64,000 nucleotides of DNA from Spirochaetia bacterium (GTDB taxonomy: Bacteria; Spirochaetota; Spirochaetia; CADAEX01). Position 1 is the stretch's first letter; the number at the start of each line of letters is the position of its first letter. Shown one piece after another: positions 27,023 through 39,881 of the stretch. Both the position numbers and the translations under genes were made by a program. Under the pieces are notes generated by a model, which saw nothing but the letters and a program-made list of their open reading frames with translations, had not been told where the DNA came from and ran no database searches. The DNA is taken from positions 32,001-96,000 of the forward strand of contig JAZURI010000007.1 in the NCBI GenBank assembly GCA_045606105.1, given 5' to 3'.

Positions 27023-27115
27023 CCGTTTATTCGGTATTTTATATTAATGCAGCTTTAGTCTTATTAGTCATGCTACAGCTGCTGTAAAAAAATTTATTTA
27101 TAAGGAGAAGTTAAT

Positions 27116-27490
27116 ATGGCTACACAGGAAGAAATTCTTGAATCAATCGCAAAAATGACAATTATGGAGATCTCTGATCTCGTAAAGGCAATGGAAGAAA
27201 AATTTGGTGTTTCCGCAGCAGCACCTGTAGCAGTTGCAGCAGCAGGCGCAGCAGCAGCTCCGCCTGAAGAGGAAAAGACAGAATTCGACGTTATCCTTGC
27301 AGCAGTTCCTGCAGACAAGAAGATTGCAGCTATCAAGGTTGTAAGAGAAGTTACAGGACTCGGACTCAAGGAAGCAAAAGAACTTGTTGAATCAGCTCCA
27401 AAAGCAATCAAGGAAGGCGCTTCCAAGGAAGATGCTGATGCTCTTAAGGCAAAACTTGAAGCAGCTGGTGCACAGGTTGAAATTAAATAA
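27116..27490 (+). CDS. rplL: 50S ribosomal protein L7/L12
   Basis: [29 protein letters not shown]. Confidence 0.97.
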   Translation: MATQEEILESIAKMTIMEISDLVKAMEEKFGVSAAAPVAVAAAGAAAAPPEEEKTEFDVILAAVPADKKIAAIKVVREVTGLGLKEAKELVESAPKAIKEGASKEDADALKAKLEAAGAQVEIK

Positions 27491-27623
27491 TCACGCACTG
27501 ATTATAACAAACATTTAAAAATTTTTTTCACGTTATAAGGGTTGGACTAATTTTTTAGTACAGCCCTATGTTTATCTATAGAATGTTATAAAATTAACAT
27601 TTTGATCGAGGGAGGTATGACGA

Positions 27624-30600
27624 ATGCTTGATAGAAAAAAAGCTATTAAGCGCCAATATGTAGGACGCGATTATCATGAGGTTATGGAAGTACCGAATCT
27701 TATCGATATCCAGTTGTCCTCCTATGAGAACTTTTTACAGCTTGATAAGATCAGAAAGGGTGAGAAGCTTGAGCTCAAGGGTCTGGAAGATGTTTTCCGG
27801 AGTGTTTTCCCTATAGAGAGCCAGGACGGAACAATGACTCTTCACTACGAGAACTATATTCTCGACGAAAAAAGTATCAAGCTTGATGAATTTGGGTGCA
27901 AGCAGAAAGGTGCTACCTATTCAATCCCTCTGAAAGCCAGAATCAGTCTCGAGAAAAGAGGCGGTATAGAAGACGGCGTTTTACAAGAGAAAGTTATTTA
28001 CATCGGCGATATCCCGCTGATGACAGATAGAGGAACTTTTATCATCAACGGTGCGGAAAGAGTTGTTGTCAGCCAGATCCACAGAGCACCGGGTGTAGTT
28101 TTTTCCGATGAGAAGGGTGTATATTCTTCAAGAATCATCCCTTACAGAGGTTCATGGCTTGAGTTCGAGATCGAGAAAAAGAAAGAGCATATCTATGCCA
28201 GAATCGACAGGAAGAAAAGGATCCTCGGTACAATTTTCCTCAGAGCCCTGGGGTTTGAGACCAGAGAAGAGATCATAAAGCTTTTCTACAAGACTGAAAA
28301 AGTCAAGATTTATACAAAATCAGCAAAAAACGAACATTTGGAAGGCAAGGTACTTGCCAAGGCTATATACACAAAAGAAGAGGATGAAAACGGCAAGAAG
28401 AGGAAGCTCTACAGGGCAGGAGAGAAAGTAAAGCTTCATGATATCGACGAGCTCAAGCAGCTTGGTTTCAATGAAATCGAAATCATCGATTTCGAACATG
28501 AAGATTCACTTGATTCCACAATGATTCTCAAGTGCTTTGAATGGGAAGACCTGAAATACATAAACGATGAATCAGGTTCCGACGAGCTTACAAAGGACGA
28601 AGCCCTCAACATCGTATACTCAGTTCTCATGCCGGGCGAGCCTATGACTGTGGAAAATGCAGCCAAGGACCTCAATGCCATGTTCTTCTCAACCAGAAGA
28701 TACGATCTCGGAAAGGTGGGCCGCTACAAGCTCAACATGAAGTACAAGAAGCCTTCCGACATTGCAGACGGACAGAACAACGACGGCAGGATTGACGATT
28801 CCGGTGAATCCGTTCTTACAAAAAACGACATCATCGAGACAATGAAGTTCCTTATCAATGTCTTTATCGGCAAGGAAAAGTTTGATGATATCGACCATCT
28901 CGGAAACAGACGCGTAAGATCTGTAGGCGAGCTTCTGGCCAACCAGCTGAAGGTTGCTTTCACAAGAATGGAGAGAATTGCCAAGGAGAGAATGTCCCTG
29001 AAGGATACAGACACAATCAGACCTCAGGATCTTATCTCCATCAAGCCTATCGGAGCTGCAGTCAAGGAATTCTTCGGTTCCAGCCAGCTTTCACAGTTCA
29101 TGGATCAGGTAAACCCTCTTTCCGAGCTTACACATAAAAGAAGACTCAACGCTCTCGGTCCGGGAGGTCTTTCAAGAGACAGGGCAGGATTCGAGGTCAG
29201 AGACGTTCACTTCACACACTACGGAAGAATGTGTCCTATCGAGACTCCTGAAGGTCCGAACATCGGTCTTATCGTTTCCCTTGCCAACTATACCAAGGTA
29301 AATGATTACGGTTTCCTTGAGACACCTTACAGAAAGGTCATAAACGGAAAGGCAACAAAAGAGGTTCAGTATCTCAATGCCATGGAAGAGGAAAAATTTG
29401 TCATTGCCCAGGCCAACGCCCCTCTCAACGAGGACGGAAGCTTTGTCAACGACCAGGTTTCCATCAGGAAGGCCGGCGACTATTCCGCAAGATCTCCTGA
29501 AGAAATCAGATACATGGACGTATCTCCTAAGCAGGTAATTTCCGTATCAACCTCCCTGGTTCCTTTCATCGAGCATGACGATGCCAACAGAGCTCTCATG
29601 GGTTCCAACATGATGAGACAGGCTGTTCCGCTTCTTTTCCCTGAAGCACCAATTATCGGTACAGGTATGGAGGGAAGGACTGCTTATGACTCCGGAGTTG
29701 TGGTAAAGGCAAAGAGACCGGGAACTGTTTCCTATGTTTCCTCCACAAGAATTGAGATTACTCCTGAAGAGGCATCTGAAGAAAGAGATCTGTACAGACT
29801 TCAGAAATACCAGAGAACAAACCAGGATACATGCTTTTCACAGCGCCCTGTGGTTTCTCTCGGTGAAAAGGTTGAAGCCGGCGAGGTAATTGCCGACGGA
29901 CCTGCTACAGACAACGGAGAACTGGCTCTCGGAAGAAACGTTCTGGTAGGATTCATTCCATGGAACGGATACAACTACGAGGATGCTATCCTGATTTCCG
30001 AAAAGGTAGTAAAGGAAGATATTTTTACTTCCATTCATATAAAAGAGCTTGCAGTAGAGATCCGCGAAACAAAGCTGGGTCCTGAAAAGCTTACAAGAGA
30101 TGTTCCTAATACAAGTGAGAAGGCTCTTGAAAACCTGGATGAGGAAGGTATCATCAGAATCGGCTCCAGTGTCGATTCCAACGATATTCTGGTAGGAAAG
30201 GTAACTCCTAAGTCCGAAACAGAAACCACACCTGAATTCAGGCTTCTCAATTCCATCTTCGGTGAAAAATCCAAGGATGTAAGAGATACTTCCCTCAGGG
30301 TTCCGCACGGAACAAGCGGTATCGTTATTGATATCCAGCGTCTCAAGAGATCCGAGGGTGATGATCTCAGCCCGGGTGTCGAAGAGGTGGTGAAGATTCT
30401 CGTTGCAACAAAGAGAAAGCTCCGCGAAGGAGACAAGATGGCAGGACGCCACGGAAACAAGGGTGTTGTTTCCAGAATCCTTCCTGAAGAGGATATGCCG
30501 TTCCTGGCAGACGGTACCCCTATGGATATCTGTCTTAACCCTCTCGGTGTACCTTCCCGTATGAACCTGGGACAGCTCATGGAGGCCAGCCTCGGACTTG

Positions 30601-31175
30601 CAGGATGGGCTCTTGATGAAAAATATGCGGTACCTGTATTCCAGTCCGCAACCCATGAGATGATTTCCGAAAAACTGAAGCAGGGCGGAATGCCTGAGAA
30701 CTCAAAGGCAATCCTTTACGACGGTCTCACAGGCGAGCCGTTTGAAAACCCTCTCATGATCGGATGTGTATATATGCTCAAGCTCCATCACCTTGTTGAT
30801 GACAAGATGCATGCCCGTTCAACCGGTCCTTACTCACTGGTTACTCAGCAGCCTCTCGGAGGAAAGGCCCAGTTCGGTGGTCAGCGTCTCGGAGAAATGG
30901 AGGTATGGGCACTGGAGGCTTACGGTGCAGCCAACACACTGCAGGAGTTCCTTACAATCAAGTCTGACGACATGAACGGAAGAACAAAGACCTATGAAAA
31001 TATCGTCAAGGGAGAACCGACTACACAGGCCGGTGTTCCTGAATCCTTCAACGTTCTCGTACAGGAGCTCAGAGGTCTTGCACTTGACATGTCTATCTGG
31101 GACGACAGGGAAAGACAGATTCCTCTTACCGAAAAGGATGAGGAAATTATCAATCAGCAGGGAACCAATTTTTAA
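27624..31175 (+). CDS. rpoB: RNA polymerase beta subunit
   Basis: [40 protein letters not shown]. Confidence 0.99.
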   Translation: MLDRKKAIKRQYVGRDYHEVMEVPNLIDIQLSSYENFLQLDKIRKGEKLELKGLEDVFRSVFPIESQDGTMTLHYENYILDEKSIKLDEFGCKQKGATYSIPLKARISLEKRGGIEDGVLQEKVIYIGDIPLMTDRGTFIINGAERVVVSQIHRAPGVVFSDEKGVYSSRIIPYRGSWLEFEIEKKKEHIYARIDRKKRILGTIFLRALGFETREEIIKLFYKTEKVKIYTKSAKNEHLEGKVLAKAIYTKEEDENGKKRKLYRAGEKVKLHDIDELKQLGFNEIEIIDFEHEDSLDSTMILKCFEWEDLKYINDESGSDELTKDEALNIVYSVLMPGEPMTVENAAKDLNAMFFSTRRYDLGKVGRYKLNMKYKKPSDIADGQNNDGRIDDSGESVLTKNDIIETMKFLINVFIGKEKFDDIDHLGNRRVRSVGELLANQLKVAFTRMERIAKERMSLKDTDTIRPQDLISIKPIGAAVKEFFGSSQLSQFMDQVNPLSELTHKRRLNALGPGGLSRDRAGFEVRDVHFTHYGRMCPIETPEGPNIGLIVSLANYTKVNDYGFLETPYRKVINGKATKEVQYLNAMEEEKFVIAQANAPLNEDGSFVNDQVSIRKAGDYSARSPEEIRYMDVSPKQVISVSTSLVPFIEHDDANRALMGSNMMRQAVPLLFPEAPIIGTGMEGRTAYDSGVVVKAKRPGTVSYVSSTRIEITPEEASEERDLYRLQKYQRTNQDTCFSQRPVVSLGEKVEAGEVIADGPATDNGELALGRNVLVGFIPWNGYNYEDAILISEKVVKEDIFTSIHIKELAVEIRETKLGPEKLTRDVPNTSEKALENLDEEGIIRIGSSVDSNDILVGKVTPKSETETTPEFRLLNSIFGEKSKDVRDTSLRVPHGTSGIVIDIQRLKRSEGDDLSPGVEEVVKILVATKRKLREGDKMAGRHGNKGVVSRILPEEDMPFLADGTPMDICLNPLGVPSRMNLGQLMEASLGLAGWALDEKYAVPVFQSATHEMISEKLKQGGMPENSKAILYDGLTGEPFENPLMIGCVYMLKLHHLVDDKMHARSTGPYSLVTQQPLGGKAQFGGQRLGEMEVWALEAYGAANTLQEFLTIKSDDMNGRTKTYENIVKGEPTTQAGVPESFNVLVQELRGLALDMSIWDDRERQIPLTEKDEEIINQQGTNF

Positions 31176-31183
31176 CGGAGTGG

Positions 31184-34100
31184 ATGTTTATGATTAAAGA
31201 TATGAATAATTTTGATAAGATTCTGATTAAACTTGCTTCTCCGGAGCTGATAAGAAAATGGTCATACGGTGAAGTAAAGAAGCCGGAAACTATAAACTAC
31301 AGAACACTCCGTCCGGAAAGAGACGGTCTCTTCTGCGAGAAGATTTTCGGAACCACAAAGGAATGGGAATGCTACTGCGGAAAGTTCAAGTCTATCCGTT
31401 ACAAGGGTGTTGTCTGTGACCGCTGTGGTGTAGAGGTTACACATTTCAAGGTCAGAAGAGAGAGAATGGGACATATCGAGCTTGCTTCTCCTGTTTCCCA
31501 TATCTGGTACTACAAATCCGTTCCTTCAAGAATGGGAGTTCTTCTCGATCTTACAGTAGCTGCCCTCAGATCCGTACTTTACTATGAAAAGTACATTGTA
31601 ATCGACGAGGGTGATACAGACCTCAAGAAAATGCAGCTTCTTTCAGAGGATGAATACAATGATGCCCAGGAGCTCTACGGCCAGAGATTTACTGCCGGTA
31701 TGGGAGCCGAGGCAATAAGAACACTTCTCGAAGGACTTGACCTCAACGCGCTGGCAGATGAGCTTCGTGCAAAGATGGCCGGAAAAGGGGCAAAGGCTGA
31801 CAAGAAATTCCTCAACAGACTGGAAATTGTTGAGCATTTCAGGGACTCCGGAAACAAGCCTGAATGGATGATCCTGAGTGTTATTCCTGTAATTCCGCCT
31901 GAGCTTCGTCCTATGGTACAGCTGGAGGGAGGCCGTTTCGCCACATCAGACCTTAACGATCTCTACAGGAGAGTCATCAACAGAAACAACAGACTCAAGA
32001 GACTCCAGGGACTTCTTGCTCCGGATATTATCATCAGGAACGAAAAGAGAATGCTCCAGGAAGCTGTTGATGCCCTTTTCGATAACTCAAAGAAGAAAAA
32101 GGTGGTAAAGGGCTCTGCAAACAGACCTCTTAAATCACTTTCCGACATGCTTAAAGGTAAGCAGGGACGTTTCCGTCAGAACCTGCTGGGTAAGAGAGTT
32201 GACTATTCAGGCCGTTCCGTAATCGTGGTAGGACCTGAACTTAAGCTCCATCAGTGCGGTCTTCCTGCAAAGATGGCTCTTGAGCTCTACAAGCCGTTCA
32301 TTATCAAGAAGCTTGTTGAAAAGGAAATAGTATATAACATAAAGAAAGCCAAGACCCTTGTGGAAGAAGAGGCTGAAGAGGTATGGGGAGTACTTGACGA
32401 GGTAGTCAAGGAGCATCCGGTACTTCTGAACCGTGCCCCTACACTCCATCGTCTCGGTATCCAGGCCTTTGAGCCGGTACTGGTTCAGGGAAAGGCTATC
32501 AAGCTGCATCCTCTTGCATGTCATGCTTACAACGCTGACTTCGACGGAGACCAGATGGCTGTCCATCTTCCTCTTACCCAGGCTGCACAGATTGAGTGCT
32601 GGACTCTCATGATGTCCATCAACAACCTTCTGAACCCTGCAAACGGTATGCCTGTGGTATTCCCGTCACTTGATATGGTACTCGGTATCCACCAGCTTAC
32701 CTCCATCAAGCCTAATGCAAAGGGAACAGGAAAGTATTTTACCTCATTTGATGAAGTTCTCATGGCTCTTGATGCAAAATCGGTAGAGTATCAGGCCCTG
32801 ATCAACATCAAGATTGACGGAAAATATATCGAAACCACACCGGGCCGTCTTATTTTCAACGAGCGTCTCCCTAAGGAAGTGGGTTATCTCAACAAGACAG
32901 TAAGGGACAGTAACGGAAAGGTTATCAGCGAGGGCTACAAGGATAAGGAAATCAAGAAGCTTATCTTTGACTGCTACAAGGAGCACGGACCTGCAGTTAC
33001 GGTTCAGTTCCTGGACGAGGTAAAGGCTCTCGGATTCAAATATGCAACAAAATTCGGTTCTACAATCAGTATGGCCGATATTCTCGTTCCTCCTGAAAAG
33101 AAGGATATCATCGAAAAATCCAACAAGGAAGTGGAAGATATCTACAAGCAGTACAATGACGGTGCAATCACTCAGGAAGAGCGTTACAACAAGGTTAAGG
33201 ATATCTGGGGTAAAACCACAGAGGAACTTACAGACGTACTTATAGAAAGACTCAGGGAAGACAGACAGGGCTTCAACCCGGTTCACCTGATGACAAACTC
33301 AGGAGCCAGAGGTAGCCGTGCCCAGCTTCGTCAGCTGGCTGCAATGAGAGGTCTCATGCAGAAGCCTTCCGGAGAAATCATTGAGCTTCCTATCAAGTCA
33401 AACTTCAAGGAAGGACTTTCCATCATCGAGTTCTTCATCTCCACCAGCGGTGCAAGAAAGGGTCTTACCGATACAGCCCTCAAGACAGCAAATGCCGGTT
33501 ACCTTACAAGACGTCTCGTCGATATCGCACAGGATGTGGTAATCAATGAAGATGACTGCGGTACAATCAACGGCAATGTAATCAGCGCCCTGAAGAAAGG
33601 AGACGAAGTAATTGAATCCCTCGCAAACAGAATTGTGGGAAGATTCACTCTCGAAAGGGTAAAGCATCCTATTACAGGTGAAATCATCATTGATGTAAAC
33701 AAGGAGATCACAGAGGATAAGGCAAAGGAAATCGAAGATGCCGGAATCGAATCTGTAAGGATCAGAAGTGTACTCACCTGCGGTGCAAGATTCGGAGTCT
33801 GCAGAAAATGCTACGGAAGAAACCTTGCAAACAACAGAACTGTAGAAATCGGTGAAGCTGTAGGAATTATCGCTGCCCAGTCAATCGGTCAGCCTGGTAC
33901 ACAGCTTACAATGAGAACCTTCCATATCGGTGGTGCTGCACAGAAGGCAGGTGAGGACAACAGAGTCTGCCTGAAATACGATGTATATATAAGGAAGGTA
34001 AGTGGTAATACAGTCAAGCTTGAAAACGGAGATGTTCTCTTTACAAGAAAGGGAAGTCTTATCGTAAATAAAATTCTTATTGCCAGAGAACTGCGTGACG

Positions 34101-35458
34101 GTGATAAGCTCCTGGTTGAAGACGGACAGATGGTTATTCCGAATACACCTCTTATTCAGCGCGGCAAAGAGACAATATGTGCAACCAACAAGGCATATAT
34201 CCATGTATTCGGCAATCAGCTCCTGTCATTGGCACATGAACAGAAGATCGAGATCAAAAACGGTTCTGAGCTGTTGAAAAATGAAGACACCTGTGTACCT
34301 GCAGGGGAGACAATAGCTAAGTTTGATCCGTTCTCTGAGCCTATCATTGCCGAATACAGCGGAACAATCAAATTCTCGGATATTATCCTCAATTCCACAT
34401 TGAAAGAAGAAATCAATGCAGATACAGGAAATACAGAGAAGAAGATTCTTGACGGAGCTTCGGAGTCACTTCAGCCACGTATCACCATTGTTGATAAGAA
34501 AGGGACAGAACTTGCGGTTTATTACCTGCCGGGCGGAGCCTATCTCCAGGTTGAAGACGGCGACAAGGTAAAGGCAGGAAAAATGCTTGCCAAGCTGCTT
34601 AAGGAAAGCATCAAGTCATCCGGAGACATCACCGGAGGTCTTCCTAGAGTTGAAGAGCTTTTTGAGGCAAGAATTCCGAAAAACCCTGCTGTTCTGGCTC
34701 AGATTACCGGATTGGTAAAGTTCGGTCAGCTCAGCAAAGGCAAGAGAACAATCATTGTTACAGATGACAGAGGCAGGGAGTTCAAGCATCTTGTTCCTCT
34801 CAGCAAGCATCTTCTCGTAAGGGACGGTGACCTTGTGGAGGCAGGAGACGAACTGTGTGAAGGAGAAAAGGATCTCCATGACATTCTCGATATCCTGGGA
34901 GAAAATGCTCTCCAGTCATACCTTATGAATGAGGTTCAGGCTGTGTACAGGAATCAGGGTGTAGGAATCAATGACAAGCACCTGGGAGTTATCATCCACC
35001 AGATGATGCGCAAGGTTGAGATTGTCCATGTCGGCGATACAAAATTTATCCAGGGTCATTATGAAGACAAGTTCTCTTTCCAGAAGGAAAATGAGCGTGT
35101 TATCGCCGAAGGTGGTGAACCTGCCATTGCAAAACCTCTGCTTCTCGGTATAACAAAGGCAGCTACTACAGTAGATTCATTCCTTTCTGCAGCTTCATTC
35201 CAGGAAACCACAAAGGTTCTTACAAATGCAGCTATTGCAGGAAAATCCGACTACCTCAGAGGTCTCAAGGAAAACCTCCTTATCGGACATCTGATTCCGG
35301 CCGGAACAGGAAACAAGACCTACCGGAAGATCAAGCTGTATGATGACCAGAATGAAGATCTGGATGTTACAGTTCAGAATATCATCGAGGCCAGGAAAAG
35401 AGCTGAACAGGAAGCAGCTGAAAAAACTCAGGTACAGCTGCCTGTGGAAGAGCTTTGA
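31184..35458 (+). CDS. rpoC: RNA polymerase beta' subunit
   Basis: [12 protein letters not shown], Zn-finger cysteines, trigger loop TQLTMRTFH; start may be ATG 31190. Confidence 0.99.
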   Translation: MFMIKDMNNFDKILIKLASPELIRKWSYGEVKKPETINYRTLRPERDGLFCEKIFGTTKEWECYCGKFKSIRYKGVVCDRCGVEVTHFKVRRERMGHIELASPVSHIWYYKSVPSRMGVLLDLTVAALRSVLYYEKYIVIDEGDTDLKKMQLLSEDEYNDAQELYGQRFTAGMGAEAIRTLLEGLDLNALADELRAKMAGKGAKADKKFLNRLEIVEHFRDSGNKPEWMILSVIPVIPPELRPMVQLEGGRFATSDLNDLYRRVINRNNRLKRLQGLLAPDIIIRNEKRMLQEAVDALFDNSKKKKVVKGSANRPLKSLSDMLKGKQGRFRQNLLGKRVDYSGRSVIVVGPELKLHQCGLPAKMALELYKPFIIKKLVEKEIVYNIKKAKTLVEEEAEEVWGVLDEVVKEHPVLLNRAPTLHRLGIQAFEPVLVQGKAIKLHPLACHAYNADFDGDQMAVHLPLTQAAQIECWTLMMSINNLLNPANGMPVVFPSLDMVLGIHQLTSIKPNAKGTGKYFTSFDEVLMALDAKSVEYQALINIKIDGKYIETTPGRLIFNERLPKEVGYLNKTVRDSNGKVISEGYKDKEIKKLIFDCYKEHGPAVTVQFLDEVKALGFKYATKFGSTISMADILVPPEKKDIIEKSNKEVEDIYKQYNDGAITQEERYNKVKDIWGKTTEELTDVLIERLREDRQGFNPVHLMTNSGARGSRAQLRQLAAMRGLMQKPSGEIIELPIKSNFKEGLSIIEFFISTSGARKGLTDTALKTANAGYLTRRLVDIAQDVVINEDDCGTINGNVISALKKGDEVIESLANRIVGRFTLERVKHPITGEIIIDVNKEITEDKAKEIEDAGIESVRIRSVLTCGARFGVCRKCYGRNLANNRTVEIGEAVGIIAAQSIGQPGTQLTMRTFHIGGAAQKAGEDNRVCLKYDVYIRKVSGNTVKLENGDVLFTRKGSLIVNKILIARELRDGDKLLVEDGQMVIPNTPLIQRGKETICATNKAYIHVFGNQLLSLAHEQKIEIKNGSELLKNEDTCVPAGETIAKFDPFSEPIIAEYSGTIKFSDIILNSTLKEEINADTGNTEKKILDGASESLQPRITIVDKKGTELAVYYLPGGAYLQVEDGDKVKAGKMLAKLLKESIKSSGDITGGLPRVEELFEARIPKNPAVLAQITGLVKFGQLSKGKRTIIVTDDRGREFKHLVPLSKHLLVRDGDLVEAGDELCEGEKDLHDILDILGENALQSYLMNEVQAVYRNQGVGINDKHLGVIIHQMMRKVEIVHVGDTKFIQGHYEDKFSFQKENERVIAEGGEPAIAKPLLLGITKAATTVDSFLSAASFQETTKVLTNAAIAGKSDYLRGLKENLLIGHLIPAGTGNKTYRKIKLYDDQNEDLDVTVQNIIEARKRAEQEAAEKTQVQLPVEEL

Positions 35459-35488
35459 TAAAACTATTGTGGGGTATTTTTGCCCCAC

Positions 35489-35517
35489 TTGACTTTTTTC
35501 GGATGGATTGTTAATCT
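35489..35517 (+). promoter_or_regulatory. promoter of rpsL-rpsG
   Basis: TTGACT-17 nt-TAATCT, directly after the hairpin GTGGGG..CCCCAC that follows rpoC. Confidence 0.6.
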
Positions 35518-35563
35518 AAAGTTCGGAAAATAACGAAATTATATATAGGAGAATTGTTGCTAA

Positions 35564-35938
35564 ATGCCTACAATAAATCAGTTAATCAGAAAAGGCAGAA
35601 AGACGGTTAATAAAAAGACCAAGTCCCCTGCTCTTGAAAGCTGTCCTCAGAAAAGAGGCGTATGTACAAGAGTTATGACTGTAACACCTAAAAAGCCTAA
35701 CTCAGCTTTGAGAAAAGTTGCCAGAGTAAGACTTTCCAATGGTATCGAAGTTACAGCTTATATCCCTGGTATCGGACATAACCTGCAGGAACACTCCGTT
35801 ATCCTCCTGAGAGGCGGTAGAGTAAAGGACCTTCCTGGAGTTAGATATCACATCATCAGAGGTGCTAAAGATACTCTCGGTGTTGAAGACAGAAAAAGAT
35901 CACGTTCTAAGTACGGAACAAAGAAACCAAAGGCTTGA
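35564..35938 (+). CDS. rpsL: 30S ribosomal protein S12
   Basis: [20 protein letters not shown]. Confidence 0.99.
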   Translation: MPTINQLIRKGRKTVNKKTKSPALESCPQKRGVCTRVMTVTPKKPNSALRKVARVRLSNGIEVTAYIPGIGHNLQEHSVILLRGGRVKDLPGVRYHIIRGAKDTLGVEDRKRSRSKYGTKKPKA

Positions 35939-35953
35939 TAAAAGGATTTATAG

Positions 35954-36424
35954 ATGTCTAGAAGAAGTGGTGCTACAAAAAGGGATTTTATTCCGGATCC
36001 AAGATACGGAAGTACTGTTGTTGCAAAATTCATTACACGCATGATGTTTGACGGAAAGAAGTCAATCAGCACAAAAATCATGTACGATGCAATGGATTTT
36101 CTCGGAAGGAAAACTGATAAGGCTCCTATGGAAGCATTGGAAACAGCATTGGAAAATGTTAAACCTATGGTTGAAGTTAAATCAAGAAGAGTCGGCGGTT
36201 CAACATATCAGGTTCCGATGGAAATCAGAGAGTCAAGACGCGAGGCTCTTGCCATGAGATGGCTTATCCAGGCTTCAAGATCCAGAAACGGAAAAACAAT
36301 GGGCGATAAGCTCGGTGCTGAGCTGCTTGATGCATTCAACTCAACAGGTACAGCATACAAGAAAAAAGAAGATACTCATAAGATGGCAGAAGCCAACAAG
36401 GCATTCTCCCATTACAGATGGTAA
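35954..36424 (+). CDS. rpsG: 30S ribosomal protein S7
   Basis: [20 protein letters not shown]. Confidence 0.99.
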   Translation: MSRRSGATKRDFIPDPRYGSTVVAKFITRMMFDGKKSISTKIMYDAMDFLGRKTDKAPMEALETALENVKPMVEVKSRRVGGSTYQVPMEIRESRREALAMRWLIQASRSRNGKTMGDKLGAELLDAFNSTGTAYKKKEDTHKMAEANKAFSHYRW

Positions 36425-36730
36425 ATTATTGATTTTCTCACAGTTGGTCTTGTCAAAAAAGACCGATTGTGTTAAAACATTAATAATATGGTCGCTTTGT
36501 GGAGCGACTATTATGCATTTGGTTGATCCAAACCAATTGCTCAAAACTATTGAATGATAGTTGACGAGTGGTAAGGTGGTGAACCGCTTCTAATTTATTG
36601 CTTTTGTTATTAGCGTCGTTCATCATTATTACACCTCAAAATCAAAACAACTGTTTTCTGTTCGTGGTCAGGTGAATCTGCCGACAGAAACCGGAATTAT
36701 AGTTTTATTTATCTTTAAGGAGGAAAACTA

Positions 36731-37915
36731 ATGGCAAAAGAGAAGTTTGAAAGGTCAAAACCCCACATTAATGTCGGAACAATCGGACACGTAGACCACG
36801 GTAAGACCACACTCACAGCAGCGATTTCCATGTACTGTGCTGCAAAACAGGGTGGAAAAATAATGAATTACGATGATATCGATAATGCACCGGAAGAAAA
36901 GGCTAGAGGTATCACCATCAATACAAGACACATCGAGTACGAATCAGCAAACAGACACTACGCTCATGTAGACTGTCCGGGCCATGCTGACTATGTTAAG
37001 AACATGATCACAGGTGCTGCACAGATGGACGGTGCTATTATCCTTTGTGCTGCAGACTCCGGTCCTGAACCACAGACAAGAGAGCACATCCTTCTTGCAA
37101 GACAGGTAGGTGTTCCAAAACTTATCGTATTCCTTAACAAGATGGACCTTGCTGACCCAGAACTCGTAGACCTCGTAGAAATGGAAGTTCAGGAACTCCT
37201 CGAAAAGTATGATTTCGATCCAGAATGTCCTATTATCAGAGGATCCGCTTTCGAAGCTATGTCAAACCCATCAGATCCTGAAAAGACAAAATGTATCCAG
37301 GAGCTCCTCGATGCAATGGACACATACTTCCCTGTTCCTGAAAGAGCTATCGACAAGCCTTTCCTTATGCCTGTTGAGGATATCTTCTCTATTTCAGGTA
37401 GAGGTACAGTAGCTACAGGTAGAATCGAAAGAGGTATCATCAAGGTTGGTGATGAAATCGAAATCGTAGGTATCAGAGAAACAAAGAAGTCTGTTGTAAC
37501 AGGTGTTGAAATGTTCAACAAGACAATGGATCAGGGAGAAGCAGGAGACAACGTAGGTATCCTCCTCAGAGGTGTTGACAAGAAAGACATCGAAAGAGGA
37601 CAGGTTGTCGCTAAGCCTGGTACAATTACTCCACATAAGAAGTTCAAGGGAACAATTTACTGCCTTACAAAGGAAGAAGGTGGACGTCACAACCCATTCT
37701 TCACAGGATACAGACCACAGTTCTATTTCAGAACAACTGATATCACAGGTACAGTAACACTTCCTGCAGACAAACAGATGGTTATGCCTGGTGACAACGT
37801 AGAGCTTACTGTAGAGCTCATTTACCCAATCGCTATGGAGAAGGGACTTAGATTCGCTATCCGTGAGGGTGGTAAAACTGTAGCATCCGGCCAGGTAACT
37901 GAAGTTATCGAATAA
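36731..37915 (+). CDS. tuf: elongation factor Tu
   Basis: [28 protein letters not shown]. Confidence 0.99.
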   Translation: MAKEKFERSKPHINVGTIGHVDHGKTTLTAAISMYCAAKQGGKIMNYDDIDNAPEEKARGITINTRHIEYESANRHYAHVDCPGHADYVKNMITGAAQMDGAIILCAADSGPEPQTREHILLARQVGVPKLIVFLNKMDLADPELVDLVEMEVQELLEKYDFDPECPIIRGSAFEAMSNPSDPEKTKCIQELLDAMDTYFPVPERAIDKPFLMPVEDIFSISGRGTVATGRIERGIIKVGDEIEIVGIRETKKSVVTGVEMFNKTMDQGEAGDNVGILLRGVDKKDIERGQVVAKPGTITPHKKFKGTIYCLTKEEGGRHNPFFTGYRPQFYFRTTDITGTVTLPADKQMVMPGDNVELTVELIYPIAMEKGLRFAIREGGKTVASGQVTEVIE

Positions 37916-37922
37916 TTGAATC

Positions 37923-37952
37923 GCCCTCCGTCAAGGCGGAGGGTAATTTTTT
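37923..37952 (+). terminator. terminator/attenuator between tuf and rpsJ
   Basis: GCCCTCCG-TCAAGG-CGGAGGGT then AATTTTTT. Confidence 0.65.
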
Positions 37953-37967
37953 CAGGAGAAAGTAATA

Positions 37968-38276
37968 ATGGCTGAAGAAAGGATTAGAGTAAGGCTCAGG
38001 GGATTCGATATCGAACTCATTGATCAGAGTGCAAAATCAATTGTACAGACAGTTGTAAAAGCCGGTGCAAAAGTTGCCGGACCGATTCCGCTGCCTACAA
38101 AAATCAGTAAATATACTGTTCTTAAATCTCCGTTTGTAAACAAGAAGTCTAGAGAACAGTTTGAAATGAGAACTCACAAAAGATTGATTGATATTTATGA
38201 ACCTACAGCACCGGTAATGGATGCACTCATGAAGCTTGAGCTCCCTGCAGGTGTAGATGTAGAAATTAAACAGTGA
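37968..38276 (+). CDS. rpsJ: 30S ribosomal protein S10
   Basis: [23 protein letters not shown]. Confidence 0.98.
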   Translation: MAEERIRVRLRGFDIELIDQSAKSIVQTVVKAGAKVAGPIPLPTKISKYTVLKSPFVNKKSREQFEMRTHKRLIDIYEPTAPVMDALMKLELPAGVDVEIKQ

Positions 38277-38292
38277 TTGGGGTGATGAGATT

Positions 38293-38910
38293 ATGATCGG
38301 GTTGATAGCAGAAAAAGTTGGAATGACTCAGGTATTTGATGAAAACGGAGTACTCACACCTGTTACAGTAGTTAAAGTTGACGAAAATACAGTTGTTGGC
38401 GAAAGAACAGCTGAGAAAAACGGATACAATGCAATTGTACTCGGATACGGCAATATCAAGAAAAACAAAGTTACAAAGCCTTATGCGGGACAGTTTGCCG
38501 AAGGAATTGAACCTACAAAAAAACTTATTGAAATCCGTGACTACGAAATTGAATGCAAAGCCGGCGATAAGCTCGGCATCGAAGTTTTTGCCGATATTGA
38601 TATGGTTGATGTAATCGGCACTTCCAAAGGTAAAGGATTCCAGGGTGTTATGAAACGTCACAATTTCGGTGGCGGTAGAGCGACACATGGTTCAAAATTC
38701 CACAGACAGAACGGTGGTATCGGTATGTCATCTACTCCTTCTAAAATTCTGAAGGGCCTTAAGATGGCGGGAAGAATGGGCAGTGACAGAGTAACTGTTC
38801 AGAATCTTAAAGTTGTTAAAGTTGACGCTGAAAAGAAAGTGATTCTTATTGCTGGAGCTGTTCCGGGTGCAGCAAAAAGTTTGGTACTTGTCAGAAAATC
38901 AATAAAGTAG
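38293..38910 (+). CDS. rplC: 50S ribosomal protein L3
   Basis: KVGMTQVF, SKGKGFQGVMKRH. Confidence 0.98.
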   Translation: MIGLIAEKVGMTQVFDENGVLTPVTVVKVDENTVVGERTAEKNGYNAIVLGYGNIKKNKVTKPYAGQFAEGIEPTKKLIEIRDYEIECKAGDKLGIEVFADIDMVDVIGTSKGKGFQGVMKRHNFGGGRATHGSKFHRQNGGIGMSSTPSKILKGLKMAGRMGSDRVTVQNLKVVKVDAEKKVILIAGAVPGAAKSLVLVRKSIK

Positions 38911-38926
38911 ACGAAGAGGAATAAAC

Positions 38927-39550
38927 ATGGAAGCTAAGGTCTTCTCAGTAAAAGGTGAAGAATTACGGACAATTGAACTTGATGACAATGTTTTTAAGTG
39001 CGAAATAAGTGACGGAACTATTTATTACGCAATCAATAATGAACTTGCCAATTTGAGAGTTGGATGTGCTTGTACAAAGGGCAGATCCGAGGTTAGCGGA
39101 AGCACATCAAAGCCATGGAGCCAGAAGGGAACAGGCCGTGCCAGAGCTGGTCGCAAAAGAAGTCCGTTGTGGGTTGGCGGTGGAGTTGTATTTGGTCCAA
39201 AACCAAGAGATTACAGCTACAAAATGCCTAAAAAGATGAAAAGACTTGCAATGAAATCTATTCTCAGCATGAAAGTGCTCGAAAACAGATTTAAGATTGT
39301 AGAAGATTTTACTGTTGAAAGTGGAAAGACAAAGGACATAGTTTCAGTTCTTAAAAATCTTGTTCCTGCAGAAAGAACAGTTGTTATTCTGAAGGATGAT
39401 GATGCCATGATCAAAAGAGCTGGAAGAAACCTCCCTTGGGTTTCATTTCTTTCATATAACAGATTAAGAGCACATGATCTTTTCTACGGAAAGAACGTGC
39501 TTGCACTTGAAACTGCTGCTCTTGAACTGAACAATTTTTTCAAGGACTAA
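38927..39550 (+). CDS. rplD: 50S ribosomal protein L4
   Basis: KPWSQKGTGRARAG, FGPKPRDY. Confidence 0.98.
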   Translation: MEAKVFSVKGEELRTIELDDNVFKCEISDGTIYYAINNELANLRVGCACTKGRSEVSGSTSKPWSQKGTGRARAGRKRSPLWVGGGVVFGPKPRDYSYKMPKKMKRLAMKSILSMKVLENRFKIVEDFTVESGKTKDIVSVLKNLVPAERTVVILKDDDAMIKRAGRNLPWVSFLSYNRLRAHDLFYGKNVLALETAALELNNFFKD

Positions 39551-39562
39551 GGGGTAGCATAT

Positions 39563-39865
39563 ATGGTATTAGAAAATATTCTTATTGAGCCTGTTGTTAC
39601 AGAAAAAACTAACATCATGAGAGAAGAGAATGCAATGAAATATGCATTCAAGGTTCTTCCTGATGCAAACAAGCTCCAGATCATGGAAGCTGTTGAGAAG
39701 GTTTTCGGTGTTAAGCCTACCGCATGCAACGTACTGTGGGTTAAAGGCAAGAAAAAGACAACAAGAACAAGATCAGGCTACAGAATCGGTGAAAAATCAT
39801 CATGGAAGAAAGCCATCGTAACACTGGCTCCTGGTGACAAGATAGATATGTTTGAAGGTGTGTAA
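39563..39865 (+). CDS. rplW: 50S ribosomal protein L23
   Basis: PVVTEK, WKKAIVTL. Confidence 0.97.
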   Translation: MVLENILIEPVVTEKTNIMREENAMKYAFKVLPDANKLQIMEAVEKVFGVKPTACNVLWVKGKKKTTRTRSGYRIGEKSSWKKAIVTLAPGDKIDMFEGV

Positions 39866-39881
39866 ATAAAGGGGCATATAG

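Noticed and set aside
36315-36557. 80-aa ORF running from rpsG into the rpsG-tuf spacer as a possible fusA remnant or leader peptide
   Set aside because: Out-of-frame overlap with rpsG, no G-domain motif, no SD.
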